Positions 29,919 through 40,680 are shown, numbered from the stretch's first letter. The stretch is DNA of 64,000 bases from a virus (IMGVR_UViG_3300030104_006883:64001-128000); one strand, 5' to 3'. Numbers and translations: made by a program. The notes: generated from the sequence alone by a model not told the origin.

Positions 29919-32900
29919 TGGCTGTAATGCAAACGGCAGGATCTGGACCTTTTCCAGAGATGGGAGTCAAAGAGATATGCTTGTTTTCACTTGGACAACA
30001 AACTAAGGTCAAGCTTAAAGTTGTGTTAAAAGACAGAGGGGACAAGTTTGTTAAATGGTTCACAAAGTCCTCCAAAAAAAATCTATATTTAAAAGTTGTA
30101 CAGACAACTGATAATGATGCTCTGTCTGAAATTATGACCGAAAAGACTTTTGTATCCAGTCAGGAACTAAAACAAATAACCACAAAAACAAAGACTGAGC
30201 AGATTTTAAACATCGGATCAGAACTAGCGGATATGGGCCTCAAGTTCAATGTCACGCAACTTCAAAAATTCTTTGTAAGACAAGAAGCTGGAGGTAAGCT
30301 CTACGAGATTCCGTTAGAGCTTGAATTCCTTGTAAACACTACAACCCCCGAAGATCTATGCTATGTTTTAATTCCAAAAATAACAGGCAAGACTTTTAGT
30401 GACAGCAACACCGGCCTGTACTCAAGTAGTAACCAACTAAACTCTTTGATAAAAAAAGAGGTTGTTTTTGATGGCGGCGCGCTTACGAAAGATTCTAAAG
30501 TCTATTTGATGAACCAAGGCGAAAAAGGAATACCCGTAGCTTGGACAGGGGCAGTTCATTTTATGGGCGAGAACAGCACTTCACCAATGACTGGGCTATA
30601 TCATACGGGACAAAATAAATATTTAAGCGTGGGCACGGTTCCAAATACAAAGATAAAAGACTTTAGAGTCTTGAAGCATGTCTCGAACATAAACTTTTCA
30701 AAGCCTATGCCTGCGAGTGAAACCTTTAAGCCTGCTATTTTTTCTAAAATTTATCTTTCAAGGACTTACTACGATACAACGACTGGTTACTTTTCGGTCA
30801 ACGTAAACAACTTACTAAAAAAATACATATCCTTTTCAAAGCATTTCAATGATTCGGGCCTGAACTTAAAAGACTTCGCGTCATTTAAATCTTTTAAGCT
30901 CGTCAGAAGAAAGGTACAAATAATAGACGGAGAGACAATTCCTGTTGGGCCGAAAGAGGTTGTTAGAGAATTTAAAAATCCTGATAAAGCATTAACTACG
31001 GGTGCAGAGGACAATAAGTTCTCCTCGGTGGGAAATACTTTTAATGATAAAAGGTCTAATAGCTTAGTAAAAATGTTTGACTTTCACGACGAACTAGACC
31101 AATCAGAGGGCGCAAAATATCAATATGGTATTGAAGGCACTGTTGTAGACTTGACAAGCATCAAAGCAAACGCTTTAGTAAAGCAATTGTCAAAAAGATC
31201 TAAGGAGCTTGAAACTTACAAAGTAAACGCTGAAAAGAATTATAATTCCGATTCTGGGTGCTACACCACAAGTTTTATAAATGCCAATCTAAACAACAAA
31301 GTTGTTCATGGATCTATCAAAGACTTGGTAACAGTCTTGACAATTGGCAATGGACCGTTGGATATTTCTAGTACGGTGAGATTTTTTGTAAATATGACGT
31401 CTCCTGTTTCGGGAGATCCGGAGGGAATAACGGCGCTGATTAAGGCTATAAACGAAACAGCAAGCCGATTACAGAACTATTCGAGCGCATACGTCTCTAA
31501 AAAGCCTGGTACAACGTCCGGCAGTTCGACTAAAGCAAACAACAAGTCACCAAAAAATGTGAAAGAAATTAGCTTTTCTCATTATTTTAAAGATGTTATT
31601 AATGCCGATTCCACATATTATGGTTATGAATTCTTATCTTCGGCTAACAAGCTTGCCAACCTGACAGCGCAGCCTAGCGTATCGCCGATAAGATATATGC
31701 CTAGTCGTGACGTGAAGAGGCAAGAGTTTTTGGATAGGGTCGAACTAGAAACAAATAAGTATTTTATACCGGATGCCGCGAGCGACGCCGGGAACTTTTC
31801 AAGCACCCTTATACCCCTGGCTGGCGGCTCTAGCGTAAACCCGGATGATTCTATTGAAAATACGAAATATTCTTTCTTGACTCCTGCTGTGATAAAAATG
31901 GCACAAATTAAAGTTAAGCAGAAAGAAACGCCCGGAGGAGAAAAAAAGAATCTTGCTCTCATCTATAATTCATATGACGATAAGCCTGCTTTTGACAATT
32001 TAAATGTTGATGTCACAAGCATTGATTTAGATGAATACAATCAGGTTGCATCTAAAATTGTAAAGTTTAACCAGACCGGCAAGGTTTTTTCTGAAAACTC
32101 TGATAACAGCAAAAAAGCAACTGACTTGGTTATGAAAGAATTTTTTGGCAACTCTGGTGTTACAATTAAGACATCTGATAAAAACGCAAAGAAGACTTTT
32201 AATATTATTGATGTTGACTCTACAACAAAGAAGTCTTTTTCAAATATCAAAAAGGACTTGTTAAAAAAGAAGAAAAGCAAGCAATCCTTGTTTATGTTCT
32301 CTATCGCGGCGGATTCCTACTTAGATTATGACAACGACAGTATGGAGCTTTATAACATTAATAGCCCCAAATCTGCCATAAGTAAAAAGGGCTTTGCCCC
32401 GGACAGTTCCCCGGAGCAGATTACAAAAGCAGTTCGGCTTTTACCAAACCAAGTAAAATCCTTAATGTTTAACGCCATTGAATCAAGTGTGGTTAAGAAA
32501 AATAATTTAGGCAATGAGAACAATTCTCTAAACACTTCTAAAAACTTTGGTGCATATGCAATGTTATACAAAACCATGGTCATTATAGAATATTTGTCCG
32601 GATATGAACTGGACGAAAACGGAAGTCCGGATTTGAAGAAAGAAGTCTGGCGAGCTTTAGATCTTGCTAAGCTGTCTGACACTACTGTTGAAAATACCCT
32701 GTGTAGAATGACAAGATACGAGATACAGCAATTTAACATCAAAAAAATCAATTTGTTAGATCTTCCTATTTATGATGAGTACTTTAAAATTGTAAATGAA
32801 AATTTTGACCAAGGACAGACAGGCGGAATTCAATCAATGTCCCCACAGCAGGAAGAGACAATAAGCGCAATTGAGGCGGCAATCAGCCCGACAAACAGCG

Positions 32901-32953
32901 ATTTAATTGGTGGGAATGTTAGGGTGATGCCAGAGGACACGTTTACACTGTAG
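29918..32953 (+). CDS. Large hypothetical protein (about 1011 aa) in the tail module
   Basis: Long ORF; start moved to ATG 29918 (TAATG overlap with upstream stop). Confidence 0.6.
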   Translation: MAVMQTAGSGPFPEMGVKEICLFSLGQQTKVKLKVVLKDRGDKFVKWFTKSSKKNLYLKVVQTTDNDALSEIMTEKTFVSSQELKQITTKTKTEQILNIGSELADMGLKFNVTQLQKFFVRQEAGGKLYEIPLELEFLVNTTTPEDLCYVLIPKITGKTFSDSNTGLYSSSNQLNSLIKKEVVFDGGALTKDSKVYLMNQGEKGIPVAWTGAVHFMGENSTSPMTGLYHTGQNKYLSVGTVPNTKIKDFRVLKHVSNINFSKPMPASETFKPAIFSKIYLSRTYYDTTTGYFSVNVNNLLKKYISFSKHFNDSGLNLKDFASFKSFKLVRRKVQIIDGETIPVGPKEVVREFKNPDKALTTGAEDNKFSSVGNTFNDKRSNSLVKMFDFHDELDQSEGAKYQYGIEGTVVDLTSIKANALVKQLSKRSKELETYKVNAEKNYNSDSGCYTTSFINANLNNKVVHGSIKDLVTVLTIGNGPLDISSTVRFFVNMTSPVSGDPEGITALIKAINETASRLQNYSSAYVSKKPGTTSGSSTKANNKSPKNVKEISFSHYFKDVINADSTYYGYEFLSSANKLANLTAQPSVSPIRYMPSRDVKRQEFLDRVELETNKYFIPDAASDAGNFSSTLIPLAGGSSVNPDDSIENTKYSFLTPAVIKMAQIKVKQKETPGGEKKNLALIYNSYDDKPAFDNLNVDVTSIDLDEYNQVASKIVKFNQTGKVFSENSDNSKKATDLVMKEFFGNSGVTIKTSDKNAKKTFNIIDVDSTTKKSFSNIKKDLLKKKKSKQSLFMFSIAADSYLDYDNDSMELYNINSPKSAISKKGFAPDSSPEQITKAVRLLPNQVKSLMFNAIESSVVKKNNLGNENNSLNTSKNFGAYAMLYKTMVIIEYLSGYELDENGSPDLKKEVWRALDLAKLSDTTVENTLCRMTRYEIQQFNIKKINLLDLPIYDEYFKIVNENFDQGQTGGIQSMSPQQEETISAIEAAISPTNSDLIGGNVRVMPEDTFTL

Positions 32954-32963
32954 GAATACATAA

Positions 32964-35900
32964 ATGAATTTATCAAGCATTGCTAAAAAAAATTGTTACT
33001 ATAGTTTAAACTGCGTTGGATCTGCAACTGTAGACGCATTTAAAATAGAATTTAAGTCCTACTACACTTCTCCAAGTCCTTTTGGAATTGCGACGGTTGA
33101 AGAAGTAGACCTGCCTCCTTTGGACGGGAACACGACACAGACTGACATGTCTAGCGGATACTCCGAAAAATTCCAACATGTGGACGCGGTGTACCTCGAC
33201 GATTCAGGCGCAGGCTCTTCGTATGAAACACCAACTTTAGATAAGAAAAAATCTTCTTACTGGGAGTTTTACGAATATGATCAGACGGTAGTTATAACGC
33301 CTGACAACAACATGGCAAAAGCTGGCGTGATAGAAACTTCTTTTGAAACTTTTGTTATTGCTTTAAGGACTAACTGGTTATCATTTGAAACTGTTGACGA
33401 TAATAAGGTGTTAGTTACTCCACAAGCACAAAAGCTAGATATATATTCTTTGCCTTACAGCTTGGCATCTCCAACTGGCTATAACATGAATATAGGTGGA
33501 CCTGAAGGTGCCGCTGAGGACCAAGCAGATATCGACCTTGAGACAATTGTAGCTGCTGCAACCGCCGGAACAACCGAAGGCTCAGCGTACGCGTTTAAAG
33601 CAGTAGGCAAGGACGAGGCTAGCTACATAGAGGACTTTTCTTTTGAATATGACACCCCCTATACTAAAGACGGCATCACTGCTTCTGGAATAGAAGGCAA
33701 AGCTCTCGACGCAGATGTCAAGTTCAGATACCATTACTATCTCAAAGATTACGAGGATGCGGTTAATAGGTTGTCGGATGTGTCAACTAGTATATCAGAA
33801 GTAGCTGGCTTAGGAATTGGATTAAAAACTAACGGCGATAGAGTAGAGTTTTTATTGCCAAGCCCTTATGAATATGAGTATGCAAATTTTGTTTTAGATA
33901 ATCCTTACTATGCGAATATTTCTTCTGGAAATGGCAATGAGCAGGTCAGCCCCCTAGTGGACACGACAAAGAATGTTTTAAACTCTATCGCTGTCTTTAA
34001 CGAACTATATGGGACGGACTACGTAGACTACACTAGTCTTGGAGGAAAGATATCTTTTGCTCTGATAAAGGACGGGGCTGTTGTTGACTACCTTAGAGAG
34101 TGGTCTAAGATTGCAAGATGGTACCAAGAAAAAGCAGCGCAATTTGAAAACAAACAAGTAGAATATGTAGGAGAGGGGGAAAATACGCAAGCACTAGTTT
34201 ATGAGCACTTTAGTGAAGTGGCAAAAAACAGAAACAGATTTCTGGCAGAAAGCGCCAAAATAGACACGGAAGATCCGGGCGGGCTAAAAATACCGGGAGT
34301 GCAAACTAACGTCCCCAGTGCCCCGGACGCTTTAAATTCCCTCTTAAATAATGCTACGTTTGACTATTTTAATTTTAATCATCCAGATATAGAGAAATAT
34401 TTCGGAGACCTAGACTTTACTCTTAGAAATTCTCTTAACATCGGACAAGAAAACTCTAAGGTACAAACTACGGCAGCAGCTTTTCCGATGAGCGTTGAAA
34501 TAAAATTTAAATATCCAATACTTACGCTATTTCACCCTCTAGCACAAAGGACAAAAGAGTGGCTCCCAAACAAAGTTAATACTGATTTGGGTTTTGGCGG
34601 CTCCTTAACTCTTGAAAAGCATGGGGGCCTCATGCAAAAAATCATGGCTATGAATTTAGCAGATCCGTTCATGCGCCATGTAGTTAGCGAAATAGACGTG
34701 CCTAGTGGTGGCCCGACCCCAATTAATGAAAAGATGGATGATCCGACCGTCCTATCGGCGATAGCTAGAACACCTAATTTTGCCAAACAAACAAAGATAC
34801 TACAAAAAGAACAATATGGCTATAGGACTGATTCTATAAAGCTACACTCTGCAAAGCTAGACACGATCGTAGAGAAAATGTTTACCTTTGCTTATTCGTC
34901 TGAGAACGAAGAAAATCCTATGGGTGGACTGAACACCATGAGAAGAACATCAAAAACGTTTTTTTCAGATAGAGCGGAGGATTTCTTTTTGCCGATGGAA
35001 CAGGAAAAGGCACTAGATTTGCTATTAACAGTTAGAGACCATAAAAAAACGTATGAAGACATAGGCGAAGACAAAGGAACAAGAAGAGACTTTAAAGATA
35101 TTCTAGAGGGAAAGAAGTGCTTTGTTGAAACGTTATTTTTTGGAATTGAAAAATATGAAGTCACGAGAGATGATAGAGGCAGACATGTTCCAATTAATAG
35201 AAGTAACTCTGTTCAAAGGTTTTTTGTCACACCTCCTCCTTTGGCCGGAAACGGAAATACAGACGAATACGTTAGATACGTTGACACACAAGTTAAGTAC
35301 GGAAAAAAATATGTGTATCAAACATTTGCATATGTTCTCGTATATGGAACAAAATATAGATGTAGCGAGATAGCGGAGACAGCAAGGGCCTCTAAGCTAG
35401 CGGTAGCTGTGTACGGAGATGAAGTAAATGCTCCGGTACCGGCATTTGAAGTAACATATCAAACTAGTCCGGCGTATAAAATTTTTAAAGTACCGTATCA
35501 TGGTATTGATTTTGAAGACAAAGGTGGAGTTTTCTTTCCTACAACGATAAAAAGTAATCCTCCAACAGCACCCTACATGAGCGTGGTCGGATACAGAGAC
35601 GTAAACGATAAGATTTTAATTAATATGCAGCCTAGCTCCGGCGATGTTCTACAGTTCCCAATATCAATAAAAGAGGACGAGAAGTTTTCTTACGAAATAG
35701 ATCCTGCCGATATATATTATGGCAATTCTCCATCGGGCATGGTTAGGTTCGCAGCAGACGATAGGATTGGCGGCTACAGGATTTATAGGTTAGACACGCC
35801 CCCTTCTAGCTACGAAGATTTCAAAGATGCAACAATTTTTGAAATAGATACGGACCAAGGTTCTAGCCTAAAAGATACAATAAGACCAAATGTTAGATAC

Positions 35901-36599
35901 TACTATACGGCAAAGTCGATTGATATACACGGCATGTATTCAAATCCTTGCCCTGTAATGTCTGTAGAAATAGTAGACGAAAAAGGATTGATATATTCGG
36001 TTATAGAAGAATACCAAATGAATATGAGTAACAAGAAGACTAGAACCAAAGCAGGAAGAAAAGCGGTTTACATCTCTCCAGACATAGACCAGATAAAGAT
36101 TAGCGCGAATACAGACCCAGAGAACCCAACGTTGGGAATCAAAAATAAATCAATCTTTGGCAAGAGATTTAAAGTAAGACTTACGTCTAAGAAGACTAAC
36201 AAGATGGTTGATTTTAATGTTCGATTTAATCAAGTAGATGAAAACAAGAAAACTTTAGAAAAAACTAATTTTACTACCAAAGAGTTTTTGCCAAAGCATA
36301 CTCTTTATTCTGTTTACGGAGATCTTTTGACCCCTGACTTTGATTTGGCTCTAGCGGTATCTGGGGCTGAGCTTGAAGAGCAGGTCGATACCAAGAGCGA
36401 GGAGACCAGCGGAGCGCCGGAAGGGATGGGTTTAGTAATAAAGAAGAAGGTAGTCCAAAAAAGCAAATATCCTGCAACTCCTCCAAAGACCAAACAAGAG
36501 GCCGAGGAAGGAACTGAGCAAAAGAAAAAGCCAACATATGCGGATAGCGAGAAAAACGAAGATAAAAAAGTTAACAATACGTATACAAGCGGTAGATGA
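32964..36599 (+). CDS. Large hypothetical protein (1211 aa) with fibronectin-III/Ig-like segments
   Basis: YVDTQVKYGKKYVYQTFAY and GYRIYR...LKDTIRPNVRYYYTAKSIDIHGMYSNP resemble FN3 strand patterns. Confidence 0.55.
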   Translation: MNLSSIAKKNCYYSLNCVGSATVDAFKIEFKSYYTSPSPFGIATVEEVDLPPLDGNTTQTDMSSGYSEKFQHVDAVYLDDSGAGSSYETPTLDKKKSSYWEFYEYDQTVVITPDNNMAKAGVIETSFETFVIALRTNWLSFETVDDNKVLVTPQAQKLDIYSLPYSLASPTGYNMNIGGPEGAAEDQADIDLETIVAAATAGTTEGSAYAFKAVGKDEASYIEDFSFEYDTPYTKDGITASGIEGKALDADVKFRYHYYLKDYEDAVNRLSDVSTSISEVAGLGIGLKTNGDRVEFLLPSPYEYEYANFVLDNPYYANISSGNGNEQVSPLVDTTKNVLNSIAVFNELYGTDYVDYTSLGGKISFALIKDGAVVDYLREWSKIARWYQEKAAQFENKQVEYVGEGENTQALVYEHFSEVAKNRNRFLAESAKIDTEDPGGLKIPGVQTNVPSAPDALNSLLNNATFDYFNFNHPDIEKYFGDLDFTLRNSLNIGQENSKVQTTAAAFPMSVEIKFKYPILTLFHPLAQRTKEWLPNKVNTDLGFGGSLTLEKHGGLMQKIMAMNLADPFMRHVVSEIDVPSGGPTPINEKMDDPTVLSAIARTPNFAKQTKILQKEQYGYRTDSIKLHSAKLDTIVEKMFTFAYSSENEENPMGGLNTMRRTSKTFFSDRAEDFFLPMEQEKALDLLLTVRDHKKTYEDIGEDKGTRRDFKDILEGKKCFVETLFFGIEKYEVTRDDRGRHVPINRSNSVQRFFVTPPPLAGNGNTDEYVRYVDTQVKYGKKYVYQTFAYVLVYGTKYRCSEIAETARASKLAVAVYGDEVNAPVPAFEVTYQTSPAYKIFKVPYHGIDFEDKGGVFFPTTIKSNPPTAPYMSVVGYRDVNDKILINMQPSSGDVLQFPISIKEDEKFSYEIDPADIYYGNSPSGMVRFAADDRIGGYRIYRLDTPPSSYEDFKDATIFEIDTDQGSSLKDTIRPNVRYYYTAKSIDIHGMYSNPCPVMSVEIVDEKGLIYSVIEEYQMNMSNKKTRTKAGRKAVYISPDIDQIKISANTDPENPTLGIKNKSIFGKRFKVRLTSKKTNKMVDFNVRFNQVDENKKTLEKTNFTTKEFLPKHTLYSVYGDLLTPDFDLALAVSGAELEEQVDTKSEETSGAPEGMGLVIKKKVVQKSKYPATPPKTKQEAEEGTEQKKKPTYADSEKNEDKKVNNTYTSGR

Positions 36600-36646
36600 C
36601 AATAACTTTATTTTCAGACACATAGGGTATAAATTAAATTTAAATG

Positions 36647-36654
36647 CTAATTAT
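36647..36654 (+). promoter_or_regulatory. Putative late-promoter motif CTAATTAT
   Basis: Intergenic, followed by AGGAG and ATG 36673. Confidence 0.55.
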
Positions 36655-36672
36655 TATGCAAGGAGACAATAG

Positions 36673-37614
36673 ATGGGATTCTTAGACAATTCAGGGGACA
36701 TTATTTTAGATGCTGTCCTAACCGATACAGGAAGGTTTAGAATCGCAAGAGGCGGTTTTAAAATTACTAAGTTTGCTTTAGGTGATGATGAAATTAATTA
36801 TCAACTTTATAGAAACTCAAACCACCCGGATGGGGCACACGCAAGCGGAAGCGCTTATTATGATCTACAAATCATGCAGACGCCTGTCCTTGAATCTTTT
36901 ACGAATAACACATCTTTAATGCACTCCAAGCTAGTCTCGTATCAGTCAAACGACTTATTTTATTTGCCAGTTACGAGACTGAACACCGTCGTACAGCCGA
37001 ACATTCCAAACGCAGCGCACATGGATTCACAAGGCTTCATTGTCGGTGTTGATGCCGCTACTCAAGATTCTATAGCTGATAAGTTTAGCAGTCTAGAGGG
37101 TGTCTTAAAAGGGGCAACGCCAGACGGCGCTAAGTTTATTAGGCTAGATCAAGGCCTTGATACTACTGAGCTACCAGCAACCACGGCGCTAGACATTGAT
37201 CTAAGAGAAGATCAATACCAAATTCAAATAGATAACAGGCTGGCGCAGCTAATCAGCCCAGACGGCAGCCTAGTGGCAACTCCATCTTTTATAGATGATG
37301 ATAATATAGCCAACTATTACTTGTCGGCGGGCACTGACACTTCATACGTCACTATAGCCAGTCCCAAGGCAACAGATTCTGGAACGCTTAATGATTTTGG
37401 AGTATCGGGTCCTCGCGGCACGGTGTTAAGATTTTCACTAAAGTCTTCGATCAATCTCAATACGTCAACATATCTTTATGACTTGATTGGTAATGCCACC
37501 AATTTGACTGTCGGCGGTCAGGAATATAGAGTAATCGATACTACGGTTAGAGTGATCGGAGTATCCACGGGCTATAGAATTGATATTCCAATCAAGCTCT
37601 TGAAAAAGGCATAA
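36673..37614 (+). CDS. Virion structural protein with tail-collar (DUF3751-like) N-terminal motif
   Basis: IILDAVLTDTGRFRIARGGFKITKFALGDDEINY resembles the P2 gpH-type LT..Gr..la......it..a.GD motif. Confidence 0.6.
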   Translation: MGFLDNSGDIILDAVLTDTGRFRIARGGFKITKFALGDDEINYQLYRNSNHPDGAHASGSAYYDLQIMQTPVLESFTNNTSLMHSKLVSYQSNDLFYLPVTRLNTVVQPNIPNAAHMDSQGFIVGVDAATQDSIADKFSSLEGVLKGATPDGAKFIRLDQGLDTTELPATTALDIDLREDQYQIQIDNRLAQLISPDGSLVATPSFIDDDNIANYYLSAGTDTSYVTIASPKATDSGTLNDFGVSGPRGTVLRFSLKSSINLNTSTYLYDLIGNATNLTVGGQEYRVIDTTVRVIGVSTGYRIDIPIKLLKKA

Positions 37615-37635
37615 ACAATAAAGTAGGAAACAACT

Positions 37636-38751
37636 ATGGGAACATCTTTTAAAAATATTACAGCGGACGACGTAACTACTACGAGAACGCTATTACATGA
37701 AAACATACCGCTCACTGGTACGCTGGTCTCCGGCACATACGGTATTAATGGCAGTCCAACAGCATTTCCAAATGAAGCAAATATTAAAAATTATTCTCAT
37801 GGCATGTTCCAGTCAGTGTACGATTACCCGTACTTAAGCTCTTCTGCGAATCACATTTTTGATATCACAATTGGGTACTCGTCGGGTTCGGCAATAGCGG
37901 CGTCTACTAACTCCCAGCATGAAAAGAAGCGTAATATTTATAACCAGATGGCACAAGTGCTTATGGGCAATGATGTAACTGGAGCTATCCAACTTTTCGA
38001 CGAAGACGGAGATATCACTGGGGGCGGAACAAAGCTCACAAGTTGTATTTTCTTAAACTTCTCCAGGTTGCTTACAAAAGATGAAATTAAAAAGGGTGAG
38101 ACAACGTTACAGTTCTTGACTGGTGGTCATCTTGTAACAGGTGCCTTGAGCGCCGGTAGTCTTAGAACTCTTGTAGATGCAAGCGCTAGTACAGACTACA
38201 GAATAAACTCCCCCGCAGGAGAGTATGGAATCTTATATGAGCAGCACACAACTAATCCATATGGATTGATTTACTATCAAGCAGGCATTGCAGTTTTAAC
38301 TTCTTCTGTGTTTAGCAATCTAAGCGCGTCAGCCGAAAGTGCTACTGCATACAATGCCTCGCAGGCGAGCACATCCCCTATTAACTCTGACTTAAATGCG
38401 GCAGTACTGCATGTAACGGGCGTGTTTACCGGATCTACCATTAGGCAGGCGGCAGATCAGATTAGACATAGAACTCATAATATATCGTTCAACAATACGA
38501 CAGAACTCAATTCTACAATTTATTTCTGTAGAGCGAATCATAATGAGTTTAACTATAGTTCTAACCCAACTTATCTGAGCGCTAGCAAGGTATTTGTTAA
38601 GGAAAATAATTTAGACGTTCCGGTGGCCTATGCCACTACTGTTGGCCTGTATTCGGCTGACAACGAATTGATGGCTGTCGCTAAGCTGTCCGAACCTCTT
38701 AAGAAGACTCCAAATAACGAGATAACGTTAAAAGTCCGCTTAGATTACTAA
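37636..38751 (+). CDS. Virion structural protein with tail-collar (DUF3751-like) C-terminal motif
   Basis: C-terminus YATTVGLYSADNELMAVAKLSEPLKK..TLKVRLDY resembles the i.EvGLfd.dg.LiAva.l motif; paralogue of the next gene. Confidence 0.6.
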   Translation: MGTSFKNITADDVTTTRTLLHENIPLTGTLVSGTYGINGSPTAFPNEANIKNYSHGMFQSVYDYPYLSSSANHIFDITIGYSSGSAIAASTNSQHEKKRNIYNQMAQVLMGNDVTGAIQLFDEDGDITGGGTKLTSCIFLNFSRLLTKDEIKKGETTLQFLTGGHLVTGALSAGSLRTLVDASASTDYRINSPAGEYGILYEQHTTNPYGLIYYQAGIAVLTSSVFSNLSASAESATAYNASQASTSPINSDLNAAVLHVTGVFTGSTIRQAADQIRHRTHNISFNNTTELNSTIYFCRANHNEFNYSSNPTYLSASKVFVKENNLDVPVAYATTVGLYSADNELMAVAKLSEPLKKTPNNEITLKVRLDY

Positions 38752-38765
38752 ATTAGACACGAATA

Positions 38766-38773
38766 CTATTTAT
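38766..38773 (+). promoter_or_regulatory. Putative late-promoter motif CTATTTAT
   Basis: Intergenic, 17 nt before GTG 38791. Confidence 0.55.
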
Positions 38774-38790
38774 ATTAAAAGGATTCTGGT

Positions 38791-40128
38791 GTGTCTTATT
38801 ATAGGTTTGGAAAAGATGATCTGTTTTATTCAAGACTAAAAACGTTTCCTAAGAACGAATTTTGGATAACTGCAAGCAATATCTTCTTAAACAATGAGCA
38901 GAGGTTTAGAGGAAAGCTGTATCCCGGTGCGGAAGATTATGGAGGATTGTCAACTGGAAGTGGAGGCATTGTGCTTCACCTTGGTAATTCCGCAGACCTT
39001 AGCAGCGGGTCTATTAGTTTATATGAAATGAACGTTGACAGACCGTTTCTTAGCACAGTAACAGCCTCTGTCGTCAAGAGCGGCGAGCTTGAATCTTTTA
39101 AAACAGTCACCACTAGCTCTTTTAACGAATCAGAGTACGGAACGATTTTTTCTACGCAATACCCGCTTAGCTCAAGTATCTCGATCCAATTTGTTTCCGC
39201 CAGTAATGGACTGGCGATTGCGGACAATAATGCAACCTCCTCAACGGCAAATCCACCAGATACCAGGGGCTACAAGCAGCTAGCAGCAGTTAGCACAACT
39301 AGGCATGTAGATGCTCTACGAAATATTTTTGATAACTACACAACCCTTAGCCCGCACTATCAGTTTTCTAGTAGTAAAGGAAACGACACAGGCTGGGAAA
39401 AAGATAAGCAAGCGATGTCTTTTATTAACATCCCTTCTATATTCTACGGCTCATCAATAAACAAAGGGAGCGTGAGGCTGCGTTTTTATATCACCGGCAC
39501 ATTGCTGGGAGAACTAAAAGATGAAAAACAAAATGGAGAACTTATTCAAGTTGGCCCTAACGGAAGCGGTGGTTCTGGCAGCGTTGCTGGTCTTGTTTTA
39601 TATAATGAAGGAATAATTACTCTAACTGGTAGCTGGGATCCTTCTAACGGATCTGTTACGGGATCGTTCTTGGGCGCTGACGCAGATGACCGAGCCCCTG
39701 CATGGAAGTATTTTGGCCTCTTGGGGACAACAGGGTCTTCCGTAGCAACCGCTAGCTATCACATGGAGTTTGAGGGAGTCAACTATGTCCCCACAATGAC
39801 AATGCATGCACTAGCTCCAAGGGGTGAATTGAACCATTCGAATAATCCTACCTTTGTGAAATATAATTTTACATCGGGCAGTTTTAGCTCGGGCTCGGGG
39901 GTAACAACCGGAAGCGCGACTTTCATACAGAATCCAAACATAGAGTCGGTGGCTATTAATAGTAGTTCTTTTTCAAGCCATTCGGCTTCTTATGAGAGCA
40001 CAACGTATATATCCAGAATTGGCATATATGATGACTTTGATAATTTAATTGGAGTGGCCAAACTAGCAACCCCTATTCGTAAAAGAGAAAAGGACGAACT
40101 AACGTTCAGACTTAAATTAGATGTTTAA
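38791..40128 (+). CDS. Virion structural protein, paralogue of 37636-38751
   Basis: C-terminus YISRIGIYDDFDNLIGVAKLATPIRK..TFRLKLDV; shared ELNHSNNPTF / EFNYSSNPTY motif. Confidence 0.6.
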   Translation: MSYYRFGKDDLFYSRLKTFPKNEFWITASNIFLNNEQRFRGKLYPGAEDYGGLSTGSGGIVLHLGNSADLSSGSISLYEMNVDRPFLSTVTASVVKSGELESFKTVTTSSFNESEYGTIFSTQYPLSSSISIQFVSASNGLAIADNNATSSTANPPDTRGYKQLAAVSTTRHVDALRNIFDNYTTLSPHYQFSSSKGNDTGWEKDKQAMSFINIPSIFYGSSINKGSVRLRFYITGTLLGELKDEKQNGELIQVGPNGSGGSGSVAGLVLYNEGIITLTGSWDPSNGSVTGSFLGADADDRAPAWKYFGLLGTTGSSVATASYHMEFEGVNYVPTMTMHALAPRGELNHSNNPTFVKYNFTSGSFSSGSGVTTGSATFIQNPNIESVAINSSSFSSHSASYESTTYISRIGIYDDFDNLIGVAKLATPIRKREKDELTFRLKLDV

Positions 40129-40131
40129 TTG

Positions 40132-40140
40132 TGATATAGT
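40132..40140 (+). promoter_or_regulatory. Possible extended -10 promoter (TGaTATAGT) giving a leaderless transcript
   Basis: TG-n-TATAGT ends 6 nt before ATG 40147; weak -35 (TTAAAT); no Shine-Dalgarno. Confidence 0.35.
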
Positions 40141-40146
40141 GTTTTA

Positions 40147-40680
40147 ATGATATTGGGGCTGGACATATCAACTAGTATTACGGGCGTTGCCTTACTAGAG
40201 AAAGACGGGGCGTATTTTTCAACTTTATCTTGGAATACAAAAAAGCCTAAAGATCTTTTTGAAAAAGCCAAAATTATACACAATTTAGCTTTAGAGTTAA
40301 AAGACGAATTGGGCGATACTAAAGTAGAGAAGATTTTTATAGAGCAATCCCTGATGTTCCTTAGCTCTGGTATGTCCTCGGCAGGCACCATTACAAAGTT
40401 AGCTAAGTTTAATGGAATGGTCTCCTGGCTGATATATGAAGTCTTTGGAGTTACGCCGGAGTTCATCGGTGTAACATCAGCCAGAAAGGCATGTGGAATT
40501 AAAGTTCCAAGAGGCAGGAAGGGCAAGGACTGTGTTATGGAATTTCTACTTGACACAGAGCCTCGCTTTCCGGTAGAGTACACTCGTCATGGGAATCCCA
40601 AGCCTGAAGCTTTTGATCGTGCTGATGCCTTGGTGATTGCAAAGGCCGGTTATACTCTATGTCGGACAGAAAAAAGCTAA
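40147..40680 (+). CDS. RuvC-like Holliday junction resolvase
   Basis: MILGLDISTSITG (Asp I), FIEQ (Glu II), DRADALVIA (Asp III/IV); 177 aa. Confidence 0.85.
   Translation: MILGLDISTSITGVALLEKDGAYFSTLSWNTKKPKDLFEKAKIIHNLALELKDELGDTKVEKIFIEQSLMFLSSGMSSAGTITKLAKFNGMVSWLIYEVFGVTPEFIGVTSARKACGIKVPRGRKGKDCVMEFLLDTEPRFPVEYTRHGNPKPEAFDRADALVIAKAGYTLCRTEKS

Noticed and set aside
38766-38774. Reading CTATTTATA as a minus-strand T4 late promoter (TATAAATAG)
   Set aside because: No minus-strand genes exist to be driven, and most copies deviate from TATAAATA while keeping CTA..TTA orientation relative to + strand starts; antisense transcription is not excluded
40147-40680. RuvC ORF as TnpB/Cas12-like effector or transposase
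   Set aside because: Only 177 aa, stand-alone resolvase motifs, no Zn finger, inverted repeats or CRISPR array nearby
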